A stretch of DNA of 64,000 nt from Candidatus Latescibacterota bacterium (GCA_963791045.1 CAWBQK010000006.1:1-64000); one strand, 5' to 3'. Shown: positions 1-12,378, counted from the stretch's first letter. Notes: generated by a model from the letters alone, not told the origin. Translations and numbers: made by a program.

Positions 1-136
1 CTCGCTCGATGTAGCGATGAGGTCACGTGCGATCAACTCGACCATCAGGACACTCGCCGTCGAAGGCAACAACAGCATTCGTTTGACCGAGCCGGATCCT
101 TCGCGATGCGCAAAGAAGTCCTGTGCGACGCTGCTG

Positions 137-1067
137 TCACGACCGCCAGAGCGCGGCGCAAGCGCGTTGCTCGCCCAGCACCCGCTGCGTGTCAGGAAGT
201 CCTGCGTTACGACGATCGATCCAGGCGATCAGGTCTGCGGTGATCTCGTCTCGGTTGGTTTCGTTGAAGACCTCATGGCGGGCGTCGGGGACGAGGGTCA
301 CCTCGACGTCGTCGACGCCGACGTCCCGGTAGCGGGCGGCGACGAGCTCGATCAGCTCGCCGCCACCGGCCAAGGGATCCGCCGACCCTGACACCAGGAT
401 GATCGGGAGCTCGGAACGATCGCGGCCAGGCGATCAGGGTCCGAGCAGACCGTCAGCGAGTCCAACATGCTCGACGCGGCGGCAGCGTCCACACCGAAGC
501 CGCAGTATTCATCGGCGATGTACCGATCGACCTCGTCGGGGTCACGGCTGAGCCAGTCCGAGTCGGTGCGCGCCGGCTGAACGGCGCGTTGAACGCGGAG
601 AGGTCGACCTCCTGGGTGGGATCGATCCCCGCCGCGATCATGTCGATCGCCGACGTCCCCGTGAGCACGGCACCTGCGAGCTCAGCGCTGTGATCGAGCA
701 GGTACTGCTGGAGGGCAACGACCCCATGCTGTGGCCGATCATCACGAGCGGCAAGCCCGGGAACTCACTGCGTGCGACGCTTGCGAGCTGTCCGATGTCG
801 GACATCAGACCGGGCCAGCCACCAGGTCCGAAGTCGCCGAGCCGCTCGACGGAGCCCGCCGTGCGACCGTGCCCGCGGTGATCGTCGGCATAGACCACGT
901 AGCCCGCGTCGGTGAGTGCGCCTGCCAGGCGTCGATAGCGGCCGGCGTGTTCGCCCATACCGTGCGCGATCTGCACGATGCCTCGTGGCTCGCTGTCGCC
1001 GACCCAGCGGTAGACCGCCACGGTCTCGGCCGTCGTCGGCTGTCAGGAAGAAGGTCGTCTCGTTCAT
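137..1067 (-). CDS. Alpha/beta hydrolase (lysophospholipase/Hydrolase_4 family), frameshifted
   Basis: Fragments 638..1021, 453..668 and 137..394 carry IVQIAHGMGEHAGRY, DHRGHG, the GHSMG nucleophile elbow and ARHEVFNE. Confidence 0.85.
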
Positions 1068-1131
1068 TGCCTCATTCTCCCAGACCGCGGATGGCCCGGC
1101 GCGCAAACGTGGAAATCGCTACGATCGCGCG

Positions 1132-1500
1132 ATGGTCGCCCGAAGCCGCACGGCTCGAGCATCGCGCCGACGAAAGCGCCGAATGGAACGGGTCGAGCAC
1201 GATCTCAGCAACGACCAGTGGGTGGCCCTCCAAGAGGAGTGGGGAGGATGCGCCTACTGCGGGGTCAGAAACTCACCAGTCGAACGCGACTGTGTGCTGG
1301 CGCTGTCTCGCGGCGGTCGGTACACGCTCGACAACATCGTGCCGGCCTGTCGTTCGTGCAACAGCAGTAAGTGCAACGACGAAGTCACCGGCTGGCTGCG
1401 ACGCAAACGCCTGGATGAACGAACGTTCCTGCTTCGGTACGTGGACATCACCGCTGGGCTGGTCCGGCAGTACGCCCAACCGCCGGACGGCGGGAGCTAG
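1132..1500 (+). CDS. HNH endonuclease
   Basis: CAYCG...YTLDNIVPACRSCNSSK; start chosen at ATG 1132 (MVARSR). Confidence 0.85.
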   Translation: MVARSRTARASRRRKRRMERVEHDLSNDQWVALQEEWGGCAYCGVRNSPVERDCVLALSRGGRYTLDNIVPACRSCNSSKCNDEVTGWLRRKRLDERTFLLRYVDITAGLVRQYAQPPDGGS

Positions 1501-2420
1501 GAGACCACGTCGATGGTGGATGGCTGCAGCAGGACGATCGTCGAGCCGTCAGGGGTGCCGGCAACACGATCGCCCGAAGCGAGCACCGGTCCGTCGACGA
1601 GGAGATCGCCGTACACGTTCTCGAGCCTCGGCGGCAACTCGCCGACGGGACCAATCGCGGTCAACGTTGCGGGGTCGACAGCGATCGCCGTCGGCGCTCC
1701 ATCGGCATCTGCCATCGTCGCGACCAAGCTGCCGTCGGCGGCGTACCGGATCGAACCGTTGAGCGCTACCGCCCCGTCCAGCAGGTCGCCGACGGTCGCT
1801 TCGACGACTGCGCCCGTCGACAGGTCGACACGGCAGAAGCCGGCGGGCACCACGGTGTACGCGACGTTCTGCGTTGCATCGACGGTGCCACTAACGAACT
1901 GAGCGCACTGGTCCGGCGCCGTGACCATCGAGGTGTCTCCATCGGTGAACGTCACGATCTGTGACCCATCGAGGTCGGTCAGGTAGAAGCTGACCCCTGC
2001 CGTGGTGAACATCAAACCACCGAGTCCGAACGCTCCGGCGTCATCGATGGACGCTCGCCATGCCTCGGCACCACTGGCGACGTCGAACACGACGATCTCG
2101 GCGCCAGGTTCCGTCGACGAAAAGCCGACGACGACCTGGTCACCACCGGGAGACACTGCGATCGTTGACGGGTTCGTGCCATCCGGTGCCGTCCAGGGGA
2201 TCGACGCCGTCGCGCCGGTCGCGCCCGACTCATCACCGGCCGAGGCATCACTGCCGTCATCTGACGCGTCCGCGGCGCCGTCCGAGTCCTGCTCGGTTGC
2301 CTGCTCCTGACCGATGTCGGTGTCGGCGGTGTCGTCGCTTCCGCAGGCTCCTGCGACGAGCACGAAGGCCAGTGCCACCGCCGGAACGCCTGTGGCTCGA
2401 CGTTTGCGTCTCGGATTCAT
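1497..2420 (-). CDS. Putative lipoprotein, possibly beta-propeller-like
   Basis: Basic N-terminus, hydrophobic stretch and lipobox VAGAC, then an acidic linker and beta-rich repeats; GGAGG RBS upstream. Confidence 0.65.
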   Translation of the reverse strand: MNPRRKRRATGVPAVALAFVLVAGACGSDDTADTDIGQEQATEQDSDGAADASDDGSDASAGDESGATGATASIPWTAPDGTNPSTIAVSPGGDQVVVGFSSTEPGAEIVVFDVASGAEAWRASIDDAGAFGLGGLMFTTAGVSFYLTDLDGSQIVTFTDGDTSMVTAPDQCAQFVSGTVDATQNVAYTVVPAGFCRVDLSTGAVVEATVGDLLDGAVALNGSIRYAADGSLVATMADADGAPTAIAVDPATLTAIGPVGELPPRLENVYGDLLVDGPVLASGDRVAGTPDGSTIVLLQPSTIDVVS

Positions 2421-2496
2421 GGCGGTTCCTCCTGCAGTGTGGCGAGGGCCACCGTAGCCGGGTGCGAGACGTGGAGCTGACCGAGGGGTCGGTGAC

Positions 2497-3510
2497 TCAC
2501 CAGTGGCGGAGGTCGATCGCCCAGCAGTCGGTGACGGTGTCGCCGTCGACGAGCCAGAACTGTTCGTGGCGGGCGACGGTCGGGTCGACGTGGGCGGGCC
2601 AGATCCGCACCCGATCGCCGACCTTCCAATCGCTGAGCTCGCGCGGGGCCAACGTGATGTGTTCGTCGGAGCAGAACAACACCTCGCCCTCGTCCCACGA
2701 CGGGTTGCCGTGGTCCATGCCGAGTGACTTGAGTCCGCATCGGCGATGATCCACCCCTTCGCGTTGACCGAGATCACCGTCGCCAACACCGACAGCGCCT
2801 TCTCGAACGGCAGTCAGCTCGTCGTACTGGGTGTCCATCAGCGTGTAGGAGCCGGCCTGGATCTCGGTGCACCAGGTGTTGAGTGTCAGGTGCCGGTGCC
2901 CCCGGCCGAGACGACGTCGCCGCCGACCACCTCGCTGGCCTGGAGCAGGATCGCCATCGACTGCGGCGACCTTGGCTCGCTTCTCGTCTCGGTCGTGGAC
3001 CATCATCAGATGGCCCTCGTAGCCCATCACGCCACGGACGTCGAGGCCGGCCGCCCGGGCCCGGTCGGCGAGGCGACCCGCCTCGTCGACGTCGCATCCG
3101 CAGCGGGGCAGGCCGACGTCGACGTCGATCAGCACCGACCGGACCCCGCCGGCGATCGCGGCGTCGAGCGTCTCGTCCGAGTCGACGGCGACGGTGATGT
3201 TCGCGTGGTCGGCGAGCGCCCCGAGCCGGCCGGCGTCGAGCGTCTCGTTGGCGAGCAGGAGGTCGTCGCCGAGGCCGGCCGCGACCAGGCCCTCGATCTC
3301 GCGGGGTGTGGCAGCGCAGAAGCATGGTGGCCGTCGGCGTCGAGGCGTGTGGCCATGGCGGTCGACTTGAACGCCTTGACATGTGGGCGCAACTCGGCAC
3401 CGGGGCAGCAGTGCGTCCATCGCCGCGAGGTTGCGGTCGAACGTGGCGGTGTCGATCAGCAACGCAGGGGTGGTCAGATCGTGGATGCTCGACGGTTCGC
3501 TCGACATCAC
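2497..3510 (-). CDS. Alanine-racemase-fold PLP enzyme (D-threonine aldolase/DSD1-like), frameshifted
   Basis: LTTPALLID, RPHVKAFK, DVDVGLPRCG, GVMGYEGH, EIQAGSYTLMD, SDEH and PAHVDPT across frames. Confidence 0.85.
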   Translation of the reverse strand: MMSSEPSSIHDLTTPALLIDTATFDRNLAAMDALLPRCRVAPTCQGVQVDRHGHTPRRRRPPCFCAATPREIEGLVAAGLGDDLLLANETLDAGRLGALADHANITVAVDSDETLDAAIAGGVRSVLIDVDVGLPRCGCDVDEAGRLADRARAAGLDVRGVMGYEGHLMMVHDRDEKRAKVAAVDGDPAPGQRGGRRRRRLGRGHRHLTLNTWCTEIQAGSYTLMDTQYDELTAVREGAVGVGDGDLGQREGVDHRRCGLKSLGMDHGNPSWDEGEVLFCSDEHITLAPRELSDWKVGDRVRIWPAHVDPTVARHEQFWLVDGDTVTDCWAIDLRHW

Positions 3511-3612
3511 CCATCATGGCGTCCCCCTACCCCCAATTTGTGCACGATCGTCTCGCTCACCGTCACGATCCGGGGCAATTTCGGGGTGGGGGGTGGGCGG
3601 TACGGTGGGGTC

Positions 3613-4861
3613 GTGGAGCTCGATCTCGAATTCGTCCGGTCCAACTTCCCTGCGTTCTTGCGTCCGATCAACACCGGCGTGTCGTTCTTCGAGAACGCGG
3701 GCGGATCGTTTGCGTGTGCGCAGACGATCGACGCGCTCTGCGAGTACTACACCGACCTCAAGGTGCAGCCCTACAGCGAGTTCGACTCGTCGCGCCGCGC
3801 CGGCGAACAGATGGACCGCTCGCGATCTCGGTGGGCCGAAGCACTCGGTGTGAAGTCACGCGAGGTGGTGTTCGGGCCGTCGACCTCCGCCAACACCTAC
3901 GTGCTGGCGAACGCCTTCGCCGCCGTGCTCGAGCCGGGGAACGACGTGATCGTCACCAACCAGGATCACGAGGCGAACACCGGCGCCATCCGTCGTGCCG
4001 CTGAGCGGGTCGGCTGCACCGTCATCGAATGGCGCATCGACCCGCAGAGCGGGCTGCTCGACATCGCCGATCTCGAAGCGGTGCTGAGCGAGCGCACCGC
4101 GCTGGTGACGGTGCCGCACGCATCGAACATCATCGGTGCAGAGAACGACGTCGCCCGAGTCACCCATCTTGCCCATGCCGTCGGTGCTCGCGTGATCGTC
4201 GACGGCGTGTCCTACGCGCCGCACTCGATCCCCGACGTCGGAGCGATCGGTGCCGACGTGTATCTGTTCAGCCTGTACAAGACGTATTCGGTGCACCAGG
4301 GCCTGATGGTGGTGCGCGCCGGGCTGATGGCCGAACTCCCGAACCAGAGCCACTACTTCAACGACCCCGTCGCCGACAAGCGACTCAACCCGGCGGGCCC
4401 CGACCACGCCCAGGTCGCTGCGGCCGGGGCAGTGCTCGACTACATCGAAACATCGCACCGGCACCACGGCGGGTCTTGCACCGAGGATCTTCGTGCTGCA
4501 ACCGCATCGGTGTCGACGATGTGGCGCGCGCACGAGGATTCGCTGACGCCGGTGCTGCTCGATGTGCTGGCCGATCGCGACGATGTGCGACTGCTCGGAC
4601 CCGCTGCGATCGACACCGTCGACGGTCACCGATGCCCGACGATCGCGTTCAGTCCGCTGGCACACGACCCGCTCGATGTCGCACACGGGCTCGTCGAGCG
4701 AGGGGTGCAGACGAGTGCTGGGCACTACTACGCCGCCGCGGGTGCTCGATGGCCTCGGCATCGACCCGGATCGTGGTGTGGTTCGGTTGTCGTTCGTGCA
4801 CTACACGTCACCCGCCGATGTCGAGCGTGCTGCCGCGGCACTGGTCGACGTGCTCGCCTGA
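3613..4861 (+). CDS. Class V aminotransferase / cysteine desulfurase-like, frameshift near 3' end
   Basis: FENAGGS, QDHEAN, VDGVSYAPH, FSLYK and GVVRLSFVHY. Confidence 0.85.
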
Positions 4862-4947
4862 CGGTCGTCGGCGATGGGGCGACACGGAGCGACGATCGTG
4901 TGCCATCGAAGCGTTGACAACGGTGCACGGTGCGCCATGATTGGCAC

Positions 4948-6642
4948 GTGACGACCGCCCCCGCCGGACATGCGACCGACCGCGTCGAGGTCGCCATGAG
5001 CGAGCACGACCGTCGTGACTGGCAGCGCCACCCGGTGGACGTTGCCCGCCTCGTGCTGCGGTTGTCGGTGTTGTGCCTCGTTCTCGGGATCACCGCGGCA
5101 TTCCCCACAGCACTCACCAACCTGTCGGCGGACCTCGTGCGCATGTTCGTGCGGATGCCGCTCGGCCTGCGCTATCTGTTGGTCGGCATCGCGCAACTCG
5201 CGGTCGTGCTGATCCCAGTCGTGGTGGTCGGTTGGCTGCTGAAGCGTCACGCCCGTCGGGCCGCTGCCCTGGTCGTCGGCGCCGGTGTCCTGGGCGGGCT
5301 GATCATGCTGGTGCTGACCGATTGGCTCCAACGCGCCGCGCCGCCCACCGACATCGGTGAGCTGCCGTCGAATTCGTTCCTGCCCACGGACGTTCCCTCC
5401 GCGGCCTACCTGGCAGCACTCGTCGCCGGGGCGACCACGGCGTCGCCGATGATGGAGCAGCAGTGGCGGAAGATTGCATGGGCTGCTGTGTGGACGCGCT
5501 GCGGTCGTGCGGGTGTTCACGGCGACCCAGGCGCCGGTCAGCATCGCGGTCACGCTGGCGCTCGGCAGTGTGATCGGGTCGGCGGCGTTGGTTGCGTTCG
5601 GTTCGCCGCAGCGGCGGCCTGGCTCGGCGACGCTCCGGGCCGGGCTCGCAGCGGCGGGATTCCGTGTCGACGTGCTCGGTGACGAGTCCAGGGCGGATGG
5701 TGTCCGTGGCTACCGCGGGAGATCGAGCGGCGAGCTGATCGATGTGTGGTTCCTCGACCAGGACGATCGCGACGCCGAGGTGTTCGCTCGACTGGTGCGG
5801 TCGATCCGCGTCCGCGACGTCGACGAGCAGCGCCTCTCGGTGTCGCCGCGCAGTCGTGCGGCACAGCTTGCGACGTCGACGTCGATGACGTGGCGCTCGG
5901 GGGCGCGCGTGCCCGAGGTGCTCAGCGTCGCTCCGGCCGATCGGAACAGTGCGATCGTCGCCACCCGAGCGCCGGCTGGCACCGTGCTCCGAGACGCGAT
6001 GCCCGAGGCGGTCACCGACGCTGCGCTCGACGATCTCTGGACGCAGGTCGAGCTGCTGCACACGTCACGTATCGCACATCGATCGCTGAGCCTCGACCAT
6101 CTCTACCTCGACGGCGACACGGCGACGGTCGCCGGGCTCTACACCGCGATCCTCGCATCGAGCGCTGAGGCGCGAGCGGTCGACCGTGCGGAGTTGCTCG
6201 TTTCGACGGCGCTCGTCGTCGGTGTGCCGCGGGCACTGGACGCGGCGGTGCGATCGGTGCCGAAGCCGGATCTGGTCGACACCTTGGCGTTCATCCAACT
6301 CCCTGCGCTGCCACCGCACGCCCGCAAGGACGCCAAGCGGCCGAAGCACTTCGTCGACGATCTGCGAACCCGCTGCAGGAGCGCCTCGAGGTCGAGGCGG
6401 TCGAACTCGCCGAGCTCGAGCGCATCAGCCTGCCGAAGATCCTGACCTGGGTCGGGTTCGCCGTGCTTGCGTTCTTCGTACTCGCACTGGTGACCAACTG
6501 GTCGGCGATCGTCGACACGATGTCGGACCTCGACCCGATCTGGATCGTTCCGATCCTCGTCGTGACACTGGTCGGCACCGTCGGTGGAGCGATGTCGCTG
6601 TCGGGTTCGGTCGTGCGCCCGATCGCACTGGGCGAAGCGACC
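4948..6642 (+). CDS. Membrane protein with kinase-like and lysylphosphatidylglycerol-synthase/flippase-like domains; frameshifted and truncated at the junction
   Basis: Multiple TM segments, kinase-like HRSL region, then TM segments ending abruptly at ...GSVVRPIALGEAT where the composition changes. Confidence 0.7.
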
Positions 6643-6905
6643 GAAAGCCCCGCTTGAGTCGGTATAGCGGCGTCGCCCGACAGCACTCCTGCTTTCTGAC
6701 GTTCACTCTCCACCAGCAGGAGATTGAGGGAGGTGAACGAGATTACCTTGAGGTAATCGTCTGTCTTACCCAGGCTTATGCAGCAAGGGGAAGAGCAGCA
6801 TATTCAGTGCGGTTGGCACTTAAGGTTTTGCGCTGATTTATCGAGAACGGCGCCTCTCGGCTCGCAGTCCGGAGTCAACCTTTTCCGTCGATACCTATCA
6901 TCCCC
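6643..6905 (-). ncRNA. ssrA: tmRNA, 5' ~260 nt only (3' end missing)
   Basis: Minus strand starts GGGGATGATAGGTATCGACGG. Resume context TTAAGT-GCC and tag frame 6817..6776 encode ANRTEYAALPLAA*. No T-arm/CCA before the junction. Confidence 0.92.
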
Positions 6906-6914
6906 GGTGCGGTC

Positions 6915-6923
6915 ATTATAACA
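6915..6923 (-). promoter_or_regulatory. Extended -10 promoter of tmRNA
   Basis: TG-T-TATAAT located 9 nt upstream of the mature 5' GGGG. Confidence 0.75.
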
Positions 6924-6985
6924 TAGGGGTAAAGATGACTTTTGCTAGAAAATTATTAGAATGAAATTTCAGAAAACTGTTTGGA

Positions 6986-8476
6986 TTAACCGACAAGAGG
7001 ATCAGGTTCAATGCAATCTTCGTGTAATCCGCAGTTCATGCGCCAGCAATGACCCTCCCGGGCAAGCAGAATTTCAGCCTCTTCTGGTCCCCAGGTTCCA
7101 GGATCATAGACTGCTAATTCCTCTGTGGCGGGATCTTCAAATGATTGGATCAAAGGGTCGATAATAGACCAGGCAGTTTCAATAGCATCCTTGCGGGTAA
7201 ATAGTGAGGGATCACCTTCGATGGCTTCGCTTAATAACCGTTCATAGGCTCCGGGTAATTTATTCTGACCAAAATACTTTTGATAGTGAAATTCCATATC
7301 TACTGGGCGCATTTTCTGTTCTGAATCGGGTTCTTTAGCCTGGAATTTTAAATGTATACCTTCGTCTGGCTGGATGCAAATCGAAAGGATATTTGGTGTA
7401 ATTTGTTCCGGATCTGACAATCCGAACATTAAATGAGGTGGACGCTGGAATTCGATATTGATCTCTGTGGCTTTCCGCTTCAAGGATTTTCCTGAGCGTA
7501 AATAGAATGGCACACCCTTCCAGCGCCAATTATCAATATAAAGTTTAATTGCGGCGTAGGTTGGAGTTCGGGAATAATCAGCTACTCCCTTTGCAGAGCA
7601 ATATCCCATATATTGGCCAGCAATTGAGTTTTTCCTTTCTAAGGGGCGGATAGAACGAAGAAGCTTCACCCGTTCATTTCGGATTGGCTCTGCATTGAAT
7701 GAATTTGGAGCTTCCATTGCAACCAGGGATAGGAGTTGTAAGAGATGATTTTGGAACATATCCCGCAGGATTCCGGCTTTGTCATAATACTCAGCCCGGT
7801 GGCCAACATCTACGCTCTCTGCCACAGTGATCTGGATGTTATCTATGTAGCGACGGTTCCAAATAGGTTCAAATATGGCGTTAGCGAAACGGAAGAAAAG
7901 AATATTTTGGGCTGTCTCTTTACCCAGGTAATGGTCAATCCGATAGATCTGATCCTCTGAAAATATTTCATGGATTTGTTGATTAAGTTCACGGGCGGTA
8001 GCTAGATCCCTGCCATATGGTTTTTCAATTATGACATGACGCCAGGGTGATTGCTCTCCAGTTTCCTGGTGGGCAAGGCCAGCTTTACCCAGGTTAAGTA
8101 CAGCCTCTGTGTAGAACTCAGGCGAGATCGCCAGGTAATAAAGCCGATTTGTCGGACCGTTTTCAAGAGTAGATAATCTGTCTGATAATTTTCTGTAGTC
8201 AGCAGGATCATTAAGATTCCCGCTTTGATAATGGATCTTCTGGGAAAAAGAATCCCAACTATTTTCCTGAAAAGTACCTGGACTGAATTTTTGGATCCCG
8301 GCGCGCAGATGATTTCTGAAATCTTCATCCGAAAAGTCTGATCGACTTGTTCCCAGAACGTTTATATCTGGAAGCCTTTCCTTTTGATACAGGTTAAATA
8401 AGGCAGGGATCAGTTTTCTTTGGGTCAGGTCTCCAGAGGCACCGAAGATAAGAATTGAAATGGGATGATTATTCAT
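6986..8476 (-). CDS. zwf: Glucose-6-phosphate 1-dehydrogenase
   Basis: [38 protein letters not shown]. Confidence 0.97.
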   Translation of the reverse strand: MNNHPISILIFGASGDLTQRKLIPALFNLYQKERLPDINVLGTSRSDFSDEDFRNHLRAGIQKFSPGTFQENSWDSFSQKIHYQSGNLNDPADYRKLSDRLSTLENGPTNRLYYLAISPEFYTEAVLNLGKAGLAHQETGEQSPWRHVIIEKPYGRDLATARELNQQIHEIFSEDQIYRIDHYLGKETAQNILFFRFANAIFEPIWNRRYIDNIQITVAESVDVGHRAEYYDKAGILRDMFQNHLLQLLSLVAMEAPNSFNAEPIRNERVKLLRSIRPLERKNSIAGQYMGYCSAKGVADYSRTPTYAAIKLYIDNWRWKGVPFYLRSGKSLKRKATEINIEFQRPPHLMFGLSDPEQITPNILSICIQPDEGIHLKFQAKEPDSEQKMRPVDMEFHYQKYFGQNKLPGAYERLLSEAIEGDPSLFTRKDAIETAWSIIDPLIQSFEDPATEELAVYDPGTWGPEEAEILLAREGHCWRMNCGLHEDCIEPDPLVG

Positions 8477-9193
8477 AGTTAATGTAGGCTGAGAATAACG
8501 TCTTTTTCGGTAGGTTTTTGGTGAAGCATGTCTCAAAGATTTGATTGGCGATTGTTTCTGGTTTCATCCACTTGGATGTATCTGCTGTAGGCATTGAACG
8601 GCGATTCTCTGGCGTATCGATTGTTCCGGGAATGATGCACCTGGCTCTTATTCCATTGGGTCTGCCCTCTGCTGCGATGCTCTCTGTTAATCTTAACACA
8701 GCTGCTTTTGCAGCGCTGTATGATCCCATTTTCTTTTTTCCTTCTAGCGCTGGACCGGCACCAATTGTGATGATAATGCCATTCATCTGTTCGATCATAG
8801 CCGGCATAATCGGTCTTGTGATATTTAAAGAGTTATGACGTTGATATTCATCATCAGATCCCATTTGCCAGGTGTTATTTGATGGACCTCTTCTCCCATT
8901 TGAAAACCACCGGTTGTATGGATCAGGCAATCGATATGCCCGTAGGTTTCCAATGCGGTTGCCACTGCAGTATTAACGATTTCTGGATCAGTTAGGTCAA
9001 CATCAGGAAGGAGCAGATGGTTTTTAGAACCCTCAAGATCAGGATAGAGTTCCTTGATCCGGTCTGGATGACGATCGACCAGTATCAGTGAAACAGCTTC
9101 GTTTCGAAATCTCTCGACTACGGCAGAACCGAGGTTGCCAGCAGGGCCAGTGACCAGTATTACTTTCCGGGTCAGTTCATTTGTTGAATTCAT
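8469..9193 (-). CDS. SDR family oxidoreductase, frameshifted
   Basis: [28 protein letters not shown]. Confidence 0.88.
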
Positions 9194-9306
9194 GTTAAAG
9201 TTCCAATTGGTTTGTGGATATTCCTAAAATGAGGATAATTGAATCCGACCTCTTATTGATGATTGTATTTGGGTTCTTCTTACGAGGAAGAACAAGTCAG
9301 TGTAGA

Positions 9307-10862
9307 TTACTCCCACTCAATCGTACTGGGAGGCTTGCTGGTTATATCATAAACAACCCGGTTGATACCTTTTACTTCATTTACGATCCTATTGGAGATT
9401 GTTGCCAGGACCTCGGAAGGGAAACGGGCCCAATCCGCAGTCATAAAATCATCTGTGGTTACAGCCCTGAGCGCAATCACATCTTCATACGTGCGCTGAT
9501 CTCCCATCACACCGACCGATTTAACGGGTAGTAGCACTGCAAAAGCCTGCGAGGAACCGCTGATGACATCTCCGATTCTAATCTGAGTAAATTTTCTTTT
9601 TCCAGCTCCTGGAGATAGATCGCATCAGCCATCCGCAGTCGATCAACCGATCCGGTGTAACTTCACCCAGACAGCGAATGGCCAATCCTGGACCCGGAAA
9701 TGGTTGGCGCCAAACCAGCGAGAGGGGCAACCCTAATTCTTCACCAATCTTCCTTACTTCATCTTTAAATAGATACCGAAGTGGTTCAATTAGTTTGAAT
9801 GCCATATCCTCTGGCAACCCACCAACATTGTGGTGCGTTTTGATCGTATTCGACTCCGGCCTATCAGGCGCTGCAGATTCCACAACATCTGGATAGATCG
9901 TTCCCTGAACCAGGAATTCAGGATTTCCAAAATTTAGGGCTTCTTCCTCAAAAATCCGGATAAAACGATTGCCGATCCGGGAGCGTTTTACTTCGGGGTC
10001 GATAATACCTGACAAATCCTGGAAAAATAGATTTGCTGCATTTACAGTTTTCAGGTTAGATGGAGATTTTCTTTGAGAGCTGTATTTACATCCTGGACCT
10101 CGTTTTCCCGCAAAAGCCCTGTATCAACAAAAACCGCATCCAGCTGATTTCCGACAGCTTTATGAACAAGAGCAGTTGCCACACTGGAATCTACTCCACC
10201 ACTTACGGCAGAGAGTACTCTTGAATTACCGATCTTCCTTTTGATCTGGGAGACACTTTCCTCTATGATTGACGCAGGTGTCCAACTGGCTTGAAGATCA
10301 CAAATATGGAAAAGAAAATTTTTGATGATTTTCGTTCCAATTGAGGTGTGTTTAACCTCAGGATGGAATTGGACTCCATATAATTGGCGGTTGAGATCTC
10401 CCATAGCTGCCAGGGGTGTGTTTTCGGTTGTCCCTAGCAGAGAAAAACCATCGGGAAGATCAATTATTTGGTCCCCATGAGACATCCATACCTGATGAAC
10501 TCCGGGAGGAATGAGGGGGTTATTTTCCTCTACAGTTAGCTGCGTGTAGCCATATTCCCTGGTAGTAGAGGCGGTGATATTGACCTCCAGCGCATCAGCC
10601 ATAGCTTGCATGCCATAGCATATCCCCAATAGCGGAATATTCAGGGAAAGTAAATAAGCGGGAAATTTGGGGGCGTTTTGGGCATAAACCGATGCCGGAC
10701 CCCCAGAGAGGATAATGCCAGCAGGATGGAGTTGGGAGATGATATCAGCATCAGTGGACCAGGGCAGCTGGAGGGAATATACAGATTGTTCTCGACACCC
10801 CGGGTGATCAACTGGGTATATTGCGATCCAAAATCAAGGATTACTATCGTATTTTGTGTCAT
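9307..10862 (-). CDS. guaA: GMP synthase (glutamine-hydrolysing), frameshifted
   Basis: [55 protein letters not shown]. Confidence 0.96.
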
Positions 10863-11435
10863 GGCCTATGAAAGACGATCCCTTCCTCTGACATTGATTT
10901 TATTCTTGCCAGAGATTCAACATGGATATCCATTCCTTCCAGATGCTCTCGGCCTTCTTCAAATGTCTTTTCGATCAACGCGCCAACACCAACCACATTA
11001 GCTCCCGCAATTTCTGCCAGCCGGATCAATCCTTCGATAGTCTTCCCGGTTGCCAGAAAATCATCAATGATCAATACTCTTTCTCCAGCTCCCAGGTATT
11101 CAGGTGAAACGATCAACTCAACAGTTCTGCCTTTTGTATGGGATGGAGATAGGGTCAGCAGAACCTGGTCTGGCATGGTGATGGGTTTGTTTTTTCGTGC
11201 AAACACAACCGGAATTCCCATATGTAAACCTGCTGAGACTGCCGGCGCGATACCGGATATTTCCGCGGTTAGGATCTTGGTGGCGGAAAAATCCATAAAC
11301 AACTTGGCAAATTCCTTCCCGGCTTCGTTCATCAATATTGGATCAACCTGGTGATTGACAAAACTATCAACTTTAAGAATTCCGGACCCAATATATTGTC
11401 CATCTTTGAGAATGCGATCTTCTAATAATCTTCAT
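10859..11435 (-). CDS. xpt: Xanthine phosphoribosyltransferase
   Basis: ILKVDSFVNHQVDP, KILTAEISGI, VLIIDDFLATG; adjacent to guaA. Confidence 0.9.
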
Positions 11436-11520
11436 TTTCCAATCCCCGGGTAATTTCCCTCAGTATACACTGAAAAAAATAAATTCTTGGTGGTGATTGA
11501 TTTTTCCTTAATTTATCTGC

Positions 11521-11554
11521 AAAAAAGCCCCATTCCTTTAGAGGAATGGGGCTT
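11521..11554. terminator. Intrinsic terminator
   Basis: AAAAAAGCCCCATTCC-TTTAGA-GGAATGGGGCTT; U-tract on the minus strand downstream of the AIM24 gene. Confidence 0.8.
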
Positions 11555-11569
11555 AAGTTAAGGGAGTTA

Positions 11570-12257
11570 TCAGGTCTATCCCTTGCTTGGCATATATCGA
11601 GAAAGCTTCATAGCCAGATTTGAGAGCGGAGAGTTTGCAGCCAGACTTTTCCGGGACCTTTTAATGTGGCCAGGAATAAACCTTCACCGGCGAAGAGCAC
11701 ATTTTTTAAACCTTTAACTGCTGCGATATCGTAATCAACTGAGGGTTCGAACAGGGCGATATGACCAGGATCCACTTTCATGACCTCTCCTGCTCCAAGA
11801 TCTATTTCCCGGACTTCGCCAGGGATCTCGACAAAAGCAGTGCCAGGACCGGATATCTTCTGCAGGATAAACCCCTCACCGCCAAATAAACCCGCGCCAA
11901 GCCTTTTCCTGAAAATGCATTTCGATCTTAACAGATTCTTCTGCACACATAAAAGCGTCTTTCTGGCAAATCAGGCTTTGGCCTCCAGCTAAAGTCAAGT
12001 CTATTACTTTACCCGGAACCTCAGGGGTGAAAGTGATCAATCCATCCTGGCTTTGACAGGTGTAGGTGGTTAGGAAAAGTGATTCCCCAGCCAAGCATTC
12101 TGCCCAGTCCGGCGCCCAACCCACCCCGCGTGCTGGTATCCATCTTAAAAGAACCCCTCATCCATGCCATTCCACCAGATTCTGAGTAGATTGATTCTCC
12201 TTGTTTCAAGTGAATATCGACTGATTCCATCAGTGTGCCACTTTTTTTATACTGCAT
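11570..12257 (-). CDS. AIM24/TIGR00266 family protein, frameshifted
   Basis: SESGGMAWM, GESLF, CQKDAF, GLFGGEGFILQ, GPGKVWLQT. Confidence 0.88.
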
Positions 12258-12378
12258 TCTTTCCTCCAGGTTTAGGTTTATTAATAAACAACAAATATAT
12301 AATGAAGACAGAATATCAAAACGATTTATCGACTATCCGGTACAATTGTAGCTTGTTAATCTTATATACGGAAAACTT

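Noticed and set aside
731-5553. Long overlapping ORFs in the GC-rich segment (e.g. 731..1762, the 5' extension of 2746..4917, 3856..4761, 4801..5553)
   Set aside because: Shadow ORFs typical of high-GC DNA, overlapping recognisable genes.
1-6642. GC-rich left segment as a genomic island integrated in tmRNA
   Set aside because: No integrase or att duplication, the tmRNA 3' end is not restored and a CDS is cut mid-domain. A chimera is more parsimonious.
11436-11520. Purine riboswitch upstream of xpt-guaA
   Set aside because: No recognisable purine aptamer core and little space for one.
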